IMG/VR virus record: IMGVR_UViG_3300033064_006579
Coordinates: 1 to 64,000 of that record
From: a virus
DNA: 64,000 nucleotides
Strand: one strand, 5' to 3'
Both the position numbers and the translations under genes were made by a program. How positions within the stretch are numbered: position 1 is the first letter of the stretch; each line of letters opens with the position of its first letter. Positions 57,455 through 64,000 of this stretch are shown here, one piece after another. The notes below the pieces were generated by a model. That model did not search any database, was not told the DNA's origin, and saw only the letters and a list, made by a program, of their open reading frames with translations.

Positions 57455-59713
57455 TTATGCGCTCCTTATAGCTTGTCGAAAACCTTGACTCTGCTGAAGA
57501 TTAGTTAAAACCATCTCCATCACCCATTTTTTCCCGTCGAATTTTGCTTCCCCTCTCTGCTCGGCTTTAACATCCTGGCCCTGATTGACGATATTAATTT
57601 GTATATTCGGCCCTCCACCTTTCGGCGTCACTGTTTCTCCACGCTGTAGGATCGCTGGGAATTCATCGGGCTGCAATCCTTCGTGAAGGCGAGAAGCATT
57701 GTCAAAGAGAGATGTTGGCACCATTCTCGTTGGCATCAAAGTCTGCCCGACAACACCGCCTCTGTGCCCAACAGACGCTGGACTGTAATAATCAGGCATA
57801 TCCATAGCGGCATAAGATCCGGGAGCACCCATACCGTAGGGGCTCCACCAATCACTGACTGCCGTCATGGCAGCCTTCACACCAGCCGACAACACTTTTG
57901 ATAGCCTCTCGTAAACAACGATCCTCATTATCTCGCTAATGATACTTGAAGCCATCGCTCTGAAAGCTTCTTTGAAAGACCTTGTCCCCTCTATCCAACC
58001 CCTCGTCGCATCAACAAAACTATTCGCGATATTGTCAGAAAACGCCTTCCATTTCCTCTGCTCTTCCTTCCTCATGTCATCCCAAGCCTTGGCGTAACGC
58101 TTCGCCGCCTTTTCCGCTGCCTCAGCCCCCAGATCGCCTTGCATCTTATCAGTATCACGAGTGAACTTCTTAGGTTCTTTCTTACTAATGTAAAACGGAC
58201 TATAAATATCGGTCGTCTCATAAGCCGATTGCAATACCTCTGCTTCCTTTTTAAACTTGCTGAAACTTTCCCGCGCACTATCGATTGCCTTCGCAAATTT
58301 TGCTGGTTGATCGTAAAGAGCAATGGCACTTTTTTCAAGTTCGTCCATCAATTCTGTTGTTTCTCTAATTGTCTTTTTATACCCTTCGAGTCGAACAATA
58401 GCGGCTTTATACGTATCACTGCCTGGCAAGCCATATCTACCTTCCGCCAACCCTTTTTGGATCGTAGACTCAAATGACATCGCAAGTTCCTGTCTCGTTT
58501 GAGCAAGTCCTCTTTGAATAACCTTCCAACCCGCCCACGCCCGCGTAATCTGCTTGTGCAACCACAAAAAAGCATTTGCTACCGATTCGACAGTAGATAG
58601 AAAGGCGTCCTCAATCACCTTAGCATTATCGACCAAAAATTCTGTGATATGGTCGACAACCTCGCCGATCGTGTTAAAGGCCGCGATGCCAGCGGATTCA
58701 AACGTCTTGAAAAATTTAAGGAACATGGCCTCGATCTTCGACAGCATTGTCTTCCAAGCGCCCCAGAAGGACTCTCTAATCGCCTCTGCGAGAGACTTTG
58801 CTCTCCCCTCTGCTGCGTACATCACATTGATAAACTCAATGACTTCCTCTGATGTCATACTAAAAATCGCAGCCAATTGCCCAGCTCTCGCCCCCAAAAT
58901 TTTAGCTGCATCTTGAGCAGACATTTTCGCGTCAACCATGTCAAGGATGACATCTGTAAAATTCCTCAACGAGCCATCTGTTTTCTTTATTATAATACCG
59001 TAATCCTCAAGGGCTTCGGCTGCTTTTTTCGATGGATTAAGCATCTTCATCATTGCCTGTCTAAGCGTCGTCCCAGCAAGTGATGCCTTAATACCTCTGT
59101 TGGCAAGAAGACCAACGATGCCAGCAACCTGCTCGATATCCATTCCAAACTGCGTCGCCATGGTGCCACCATAAATAAATGCCTGCGACGCCTCCTCGAT
59201 ATTAGTGTTCGCCCTCGATTGAACCTGCGCGAGAACGTCCGAAACCCTTGAAAGTTCACTGACTTCCATGCCGAATTGGAGGAGGATATTAGTAGCGATG
59301 TCAGCCGCCCTACCAAGGTCGAGCATCCCAGCCGTAGCAAGGTCTAACATCTGTGGAAGAGCTTCGATTGTCTGCCCAGCATCAAGGCCCGCCATACCTA
59401 AGAATCTCAACCCCTCTGCGGCCTGACGAGCGGTGAACTCAGTAGTCCTGCCCATCTCCTCGGCAATGGCGGTCATCTGCTCAAATTCTTTTTCGGTGGC
59501 CTGAGTAATCTCCCGCACAAATCGCATCTCTTTATCAAACTTGGCACCGATTACGGCCGCGGTCAGTACGACCCCTGCGAAGGAGGCACCGATAATCATG
59601 GCGTGTCGCTTCACAGACTGAGCGAACTTGCCAACGCTTCTCTGAGCGCCCGCGAGTGCGGTGGTTAGCCCTACTATATTCCCGCCTACCCTAACCCTGA
59701 GATCTTCTTGCAC
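57455..59713 (-). CDS. Tail tape measure protein (TP901-like core)
   Basis: TTEFTARQAAEG, LDLATAG and GIKASLAGT, with C-terminal HRGG...AILQRGE. Confidence 0.92.
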   Translation of the reverse strand: MQEDLRVRVGGNIVGLTTALAGAQRSVGKFAQSVKRHAMIIGASFAGVVLTAAVIGAKFDKEMRFVREITQATEKEFEQMTAIAEEMGRTTEFTARQAAEGLRFLGMAGLDAGQTIEALPQMLDLATAGMLDLGRAADIATNILLQFGMEVSELSRVSDVLAQVQSRANTNIEEASQAFIYGGTMATQFGMDIEQVAGIVGLLANRGIKASLAGTTLRQAMMKMLNPSKKAAEALEDYGIIIKKTDGSLRNFTDVILDMVDAKMSAQDAAKILGARAGQLAAIFSMTSEEVIEFINVMYAAEGRAKSLAEAIRESFWGAWKTMLSKIEAMFLKFFKTFESAGIAAFNTIGEVVDHITEFLVDNAKVIEDAFLSTVESVANAFLWLHKQITRAWAGWKVIQRGLAQTRQELAMSFESTIQKGLAEGRYGLPGSDTYKAAIVRLEGYKKTIRETTELMDELEKSAIALYDQPAKFAKAIDSARESFSKFKKEAEVLQSAYETTDIYSPFYISKKEPKKFTRDTDKMQGDLGAEAAEKAAKRYAKAWDDMRKEEQRKWKAFSDNIANSFVDATRGWIEGTRSFKEAFRAMASSIISEIMRIVVYERLSKVLSAGVKAAMTAVSDWWSPYGMGAPGSYAAMDMPDYYSPASVGHRGGVVGQTLMPTRMVPTSLFDNASRLHEGLQPDEFPAILQRGETVTPKGGGPNIQINIVNQGQDVKAEQRGEAKFDGKKWVMEMVLTNLQQSQGFRQAIRSA

Positions 59714-59745
59714 GCCTATTTACTCCCTTTCTATATCTGAGATCC

Positions 59746-59960
59746 TCATTCGTTTCGTGGCAACTCCATTTCCTCGCGTTCCCTCTTTATCTTCAAACTC
59801 TTGACATATGCAAATAATTGTAATTTTTTTCTTTCTGTCTTCGGCAATCTTAAAAACTCCTGGTGAGAACATCCTAAGAACTCAGTGCAAACCGACATCT
59901 CTGCATACAATTTGGTGGTGGAGTCGAGATCGTTCTCCCCCATCAAATCGGCAAAAAATC
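59746..59960 (-). CDS. Tail assembly chaperone GT extension (-1 frameshift product)
   Basis: Slippery T TTT TTG near 59952-59958 joins the G frame to the -1 frame FFADLMGEN. Confidence 0.7.
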
Positions 59961-60479
59961 GTCCTCCTCCGCCTCCTTCCACCTGGTGAGCATCCCAATG
60001 TCCCTCACGATTTGAGTAAATTGCTCGCCGCTCAATCCGATGCTCTGGAGAATCTCAACCCTCTTGTCATCATTCTCGACGAGATTGCCGCTCTTGTCTT
60101 TTAAGGACACGTTGATTCCGCGAAGGACAATCTTGATACCGATATCCGATTCATATTTAACTCGCTCTTTCAGATACACTTCATCGGCATAGTCCAAAAG
60201 GAACACCCATTGTTTTTTTCTGATACCCATATCCCTCGCAATCTGCTTGTCGTCGGGATTAGCGGGATCGATAAGACACTTCCTCGTCGGTGGCGTAGGA
60301 GCATTTTTTTGCAACTGATCCATCAACTCAGAAATACCGCTCGACCTGATGGGAATCCTAACGGGTTTCTCGATTCCGCCCTTCGTCACCTTCACGACAG
60401 AGTAGCCATCGCTCTGAAAGATCTGCTGCCCCTCCACGATCTCGTCGAGAAGTTCGGCCCCTTCAATATTATTGCTCAT
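59943..60479 (-). CDS. Tail assembly chaperone G
   Basis: Lies between the tail tube genes and the tape measure gene. Ends in a slippery site. Confidence 0.72.
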   Translation of the reverse strand: MSNNIEGAELLDEIVEGQQIFQSDGYSVVKVTKGGIEKPVRIPIRSSGISELMDQLQKNAPTPPTRKCLIDPANPDDKQIARDMGIRKKQWVFLLDYADEVYLKERVKYESDIGIKIVLRGINVSLKDKSGNLVENDDKRVEILQSIGLSGEQFTQIVRDIGMLTRWKEAEEDDFLPI

Positions 60480-60500
60480 TACACGCTCTCCTCTCCTATA

Positions 60501-61094
60501 CTAATTTTGAACGGTTGTTCCACTGGTCATCGAAGTGATTCTTGTCACGTCGCCATATACAAGGCCGGCGGCATTAATTGTAACTTCGTCCTCTCCTTCG
60601 TTTACTACCAACTGATCACCAGGGAAGAAAACTTCTCTCCAGCGAAAGCCTATATCAGTACCAGTACCATCCCAAAGCACCTCGACATCCCATGCTTGTT
60701 TAGTCACATCGCTAAACAATGGCGTAGACACCCCGTCGATCATACTCTCACCCTTAGAGCTATACAAGCGGTGCCCATTAATAGTAACCGGCGACGTCCC
60801 GCTCAACATCCTCACGAGATATTGAGTGCTGGTATCATCGATGAGCTTGAAGGTGAACGATAATGGTAATGGCACTAATTTCTCCTCGTCCATCCCTTGT
60901 CGGTACTCCGCATTGCCATCATACACGCCCCTATCCATTACGAGCGTTTCGGAAGGTCTTGCCCTCGAAATTGGAGCGTTGAAGCCAGCGTTGACAAAGA
61001 GTGCTTGTATGTAGAATGGACCGGTAGCTGGATACGGAGCGGCCGATACTCCACTAAATAGACGCAATTCTCCATCTCTATGTTGCAGGATCAT
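60501..61094 (-). CDS. Major tail (tube) protein, paralog 2
   Basis: Gene position. Highly similar to 61123..61710. Confidence 0.65.
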   Translation of the reverse strand: MILQHRDGELRLFSGVSAAPYPATGPFYIQALFVNAGFNAPISRARPSETLVMDRGVYDGNAEYRQGMDEEKLVPLPLSFTFKLIDDTSTQYLVRMLSGTSPVTINGHRLYSSKGESMIDGVSTPLFSDVTKQAWDVEVLWDGTGTDIGFRWREVFFPGDQLVVNEGEDEVTINAAGLVYGDVTRITSMTSGTTVQN

Positions 61095-61122
61095 GATTTT
61101 TATTCCTCCTTTCCATCAAATT

Positions 61123-61710
61123 TTAACATTGAACGGTTGTTCCACTGGTCATCGAAATGATTCTTGTCACATCACCATAGACCAAACCACTGGCGGTGAT
61201 GGTAACCTCGTCCTCCCCCTCGTTTACAATTAATTGATCGCCGGGGAAGAAGACTTCTCTCCAGCGGAAGCCCAAGCTTACACCGCCTTCCCAAATCGCT
61301 TCGACATCCCACGCCATCTTCGAAGTGTCGCTGAATAATGGTGTAGACACCCCGTCGATCATGCTCTCGCCTTTCACGCTTCTTAGAACATGACTATTAA
61401 CCGTCAACGGCGATGTCCCACTCAACATCCTTACAAGGTATTGAGTAGTTGTATCGTCAATCAGTTTAAAGGTGAACGATAACGGCAAGGGGGCGAGTTT
61501 CTCTTCATCCATCCCCTGACGATACTCTGCGTCGACCGTATAATTACCCCTATCCATTACGAGTTCTTCCGACGGCCTTGTTCGAGCAATTGGAGCACTG
61601 AACCCTGCGTTTACGAAAAGCACCTCCACATAAAAGGGAAATGTTGCCTTTGCAGCAGTGGTCTGTCCGCTGAGTAGCCTCATCTCTCCGTCCCGGTGTT
61701 GTAGAATCAT
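61123..61710 (-). CDS. Major tail (tube) protein, paralog 1
   Basis: Downstream of the tail terminator. Highly similar to 60501..61094. Confidence 0.65.
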   Translation of the reverse strand: MILQHRDGEMRLLSGQTTAAKATFPFYVEVLFVNAGFSAPIARTRPSEELVMDRGNYTVDAEYRQGMDEEKLAPLPLSFTFKLIDDTTTQYLVRMLSGTSPLTVNSHVLRSVKGESMIDGVSTPLFSDTSKMAWDVEAIWEGGVSLGFRWREVFFPGDQLIVNEGEDEVTITASGLVYGDVTRIISMTSGTTVQC

Positions 61711-61713
61711 AAC

Positions 61714-61878
61714 TTACCCCTCCTCCCTTCTGCTAACTACCTCAGCGATATCTTTTTCCTCCACCTCTTCGATTGTGATATCACCATTAGCGATTTCTTT
61801 TGCAAGGTCTTTGCTTCTACGACTCGAAAGACCTTTACCCATAAGGATTTCTTTAATCTTTCCCTCGTCAATTTTCAT
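61714..61878 (-). CDS. Small hypothetical protein (54 aa, not in ORF track)
   Basis: MKIDEGKIKEILMGKG... with GGAGG RBS. Fills the gap between genes. Confidence 0.5.
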   Translation of the reverse strand: MKIDEGKIKEILMGKGLSSRRSKDLAKEIANGDITIEEVEEKDIAEVVSRREEG

Positions 61879-61890
61879 TTTGTTTCCTCC

Positions 61891-62370
61891 CTACGTCCAT
61901 TTTTGTATCCACTCGATCCCAACAGTGTAATTGTACTGGCGAAAATCATCATTTGGAATTGGCGAATCTGTTATGATTTCCTTCACCGTTAATTCTTGTA
62001 AAACATTGGTAAAATCCTCGCTCGCAAAATCGTAAAAATCTATCTGTGATCCGAGTTCGAAGTAACCCGCTACGATGTCTCGGATTTGGTAGTGTCTATT
62101 CGATTTCGTCGTGCTCTCCGGCTTTACAAATACGTTGAAATTCACTATCGGTTGTGCGATCTTTTTTCTCGTACTACTGCTCCTGTGAAGATCCTCCCAA
62201 TTACCCGTCCCGATGATCCTCACCTGAACCCACTCGTTGTAATCCGCCTCTTCGAAAGGCACCCCTTCGTAATCAATAGCCAACTGTTCCGTGACGACGA
62301 GATTCGCATTGACGTAATTCTCGAGCGACGCCTTGAAATTCTGGTACTTTCCCTCGGCAGATAAAGCCAC
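61891..62370 (-). CDS. Tail terminator/completion protein
   Basis: Synteny, size and alpha/beta pattern. Confidence 0.55.
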   Translation of the reverse strand: MALSAEGKYQNFKASLENYVNANLVVTEQLAIDYEGVPFEEADYNEWVQVRIIGTGNWEDLHRSSSTRKKIAQPIVNFNVFVKPESTTKSNRHYQIRDIVAGYFELGSQIDFYDFASEDFTNVLQELTVKEIITDSPIPNDDFRQYNYTVGIEWIQKWT

Positions 62371-62380
62371 CTATATCCCC

Positions 62381-62425
62381 CTAAAACTAATTCTCGCCGC
62401 TCTAATCGCCACGACAGTAGGTTTT
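62381..62425 (+). repeat. Dispersed 45-bp intergenic repeat, copy 4
   Basis: CTAAAACTAATTCTCGCCGCTCTAATCGCCACGACAGTAGGTTTT. Confidence 0.8.
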
Positions 62426-62456
62426 CTTTCTAAAGCAATAGTAATATATAGGGTCA

Positions 62457-62960
62457 TTAAAATCTCATTGCTCCCGCGCCTGGCGTAAGATAGAATTTCT
62501 TCCATTCGTCTCTGTATTTCTCAGCCATGTCCTGCGGTAATTTCTTTTTCCCAATCTCTCTCATGGATACGCGCACCATCCCGTACGCCGCTTGTTTGGA
62601 AAATCCGTATTCGAGAAAGACGATATAAGAAACCCCATTGATTATCTCGATATATTTGTTCATGTGCATCGGTCCGGTGTGATCGGTAAGCCTACCCTCG
62701 CTTCTACCCTGCGAAACCTTATCCGTCCTCTCCGTACTGGGGTGCCTCATAGCGACCGCACGGCCATCTCCGAGTTTATCCATTGCGACAAACCAACCAG
62801 CCCTCGCCCTGCCAAGATCTACAGGCATCTTCTTTATGATTCGAGCCACCAGATCGAAGGCGAATTTCTTCAAAACCAAATCCGTAGCGATGGATGAACC
62901 TTTCATAAAATGTCTAATGTGTTTATTAAAATTCTTAGTCTCGACGGTCATCTCGAACAT
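62457..62960 (-). CDS. HK97 gp10-like neck/tail component
   Basis: PVDLGRARAGW and YIVFLEYGFSKQA..GMVR. Confidence 0.82.
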   Translation of the reverse strand: MFEMTVETKNFNKHIRHFMKGSSIATDLVLKKFAFDLVARIIKKMPVDLGRARAGWFVAMDKLGDGRAVAMRHPSTERTDKVSQGRSEGRLTDHTGPMHMNKYIEIINGVSYIVFLEYGFSKQAAYGMVRVSMREIGKKKLPQDMAEKYRDEWKKFYLTPGAGAMRF

Positions 62961-62961
62961 C

Positions 62962-63345
62962 TCAAGCCGCCTCCCCGAAAATAACATACGCAATTCCGAG
63001 CGGGTCCGACTTAATAGCCTTCAAATTATAGGTGTTACCGCTCTCAACGATGAGGTCGGAGGTCGTCAGTGTATTGCTTACAGAGCTCTGCATAAAAACA
63101 AACTTCGCGTCCCCCAATTCGATCCCCTTTTGAATCTCATTCTGCGTCACCACTCCTTTGATTGCCGATACGCCGGACCAGTCAGTGTAAACATCTGAAA
63201 AAACCTGTTTGTCAATGTCGTAGTTGATCGTACTCCCACTCGTGTACTGACGGTATTTCAATATCGTATTGATACTCGTATCGATGACGACATTATTCAC
63301 GTCTGCTTTTATTTGAGCCAAATCCGCTGTCGATAGCAATGGCAA
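62962..63345 (-). CDS. Head-closure/stopper protein
   Basis: Synteny. GDAKF...SDLI...Y pattern. Confidence 0.55.
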   Translation of the reverse strand: MPLLSTADLAQIKADVNNVVIDTSINTILKYRQYTSGSTINYDIDKQVFSDVYTDWSGVSAIKGVVTQNEIQKGIELGDAKFVFMQSSVSNTLTTSDLIVESGNTYNLKAIKSDPLGIAYVIFGEAA

Positions 63346-63346
63346 C

Positions 63347-63682
63347 TTAGATTACCGCCTTGTCGACTATGATCGAGATGTCCTTGCTCTTGTCGATGTT
63401 GCTCGTCGACCACTGGATCTTCAGTTCTCCAATGTGGCTCCCAGCCGCTTGAGTCGTTTGAGAGGCTGCGAGGGCGAGCGTAACGATGCCGTATGCCTCA
63501 CTGGTCCGTGAAAAATTCGTATCGCTCGCCATTATGACGCTGTAAACCGTCGTCGCGTGTGACGCCTTGACCTTGAATGTCAGTGTCGAGCCAGCGAGGT
63601 TTGCCGCCGATGTCCCACTCGAATCAGTCACGGTGAACGTAATCGCCTTCGCCTCTCCCTGCTTCCACCTTAGATCCGCCAT
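63347..63682 (-). CDS. Virion Ig-like/BppU-N-like protein
   Basis: KQGE...FTVTD...NLAG...GIVTLAL..SQT...ELKI. Confidence 0.55.
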   Translation of the reverse strand: MADLRWKQGEAKAITFTVTDSSGTSAANLAGSTLTFKVKASHATTVYSVIMASDTNFSRTSEAYGIVTLALAASQTTQAAGSHIGELKIQWSTSNIDKSKDISIIVDKAVI

Positions 63683-63683
63683 C

Positions 63684-63890
63684 TTATGATACCCCTACTT
63701 TAAAATCATTTATTTCCAGCCAAATTTTAGTTTTCTGATCGTGTACCCCTACTTTAAAAGAAGGGTTCAAAGAAAGCGCGAGCGACATTTCCCGTCGTAT
63801 AATTTCAATAACGCCTACATGAGAAAATTCCGGATCTGCGCCAAGAGGGATTGAATTCCGTGGATAATCTCCATATATTATCTTTCCCAT
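63684..63890 (-). CDS. Small hypothetical protein
   Basis: Packed in the structural operon. Confidence 0.45.
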   Translation of the reverse strand: MGKIIYGDYPRNSIPLGADPEFSHVGVIEIIRREMSLALSLNPSFKVGVHDQKTKIWLEINDFKVGVS

Positions 63891-64000
63891 TATGCTCCGT
63901 CTAAGACAACTGCAGATCTGTTTCCGCTCGAATCAACCGTTTTTACGATTCTATCCTTTGAATCTGCATTATCTCTGAAAGCGATTGTTGTTGTTCCTCC

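Overview
This is a 64-kb segment of a large tailed-phage (siphovirus-like) genome, with essentially every real gene on the minus strand. Left to right: (1) a sugar-tailoring cluster (two LamG-like paralogs, sulfotransferase, GNAT, DegT aminotransferase); (2) a TIGR-Tas-like RNA-guided locus, made of three 36-bp-period dual-repeat arrays (23 units), a nuclease-less Nop/IS110-like Tas protein and a ParB-family protein, interleaved with a split SbcCD; (3) recombination and replication genes (5'-3' exonuclease, RecA, SSB, UvsY-like, clamp loader, dCMP deaminase, thymidylate synthase, DnaE fused to a UDG domain, beta clamp); (4) a 7-deazaguanine DNA-modification cluster (QueD, QueE, FolE, DpdL-like, radical SAM, glycosyltransferase, DpdA-like) interspersed with five paralogous MxIYF(A)G microproteins; (5) DnaB, initiator, primase and SF2 helicases, with expanded tRNA-like RNAs nearby; (6) early genes with a type II hammerhead ribozyme and a large non-coding region; (7) a holin and a protease; (8) lambda-like tail and neck genes. 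All calls come from reading motifs by eye. No database search or folding software was run.
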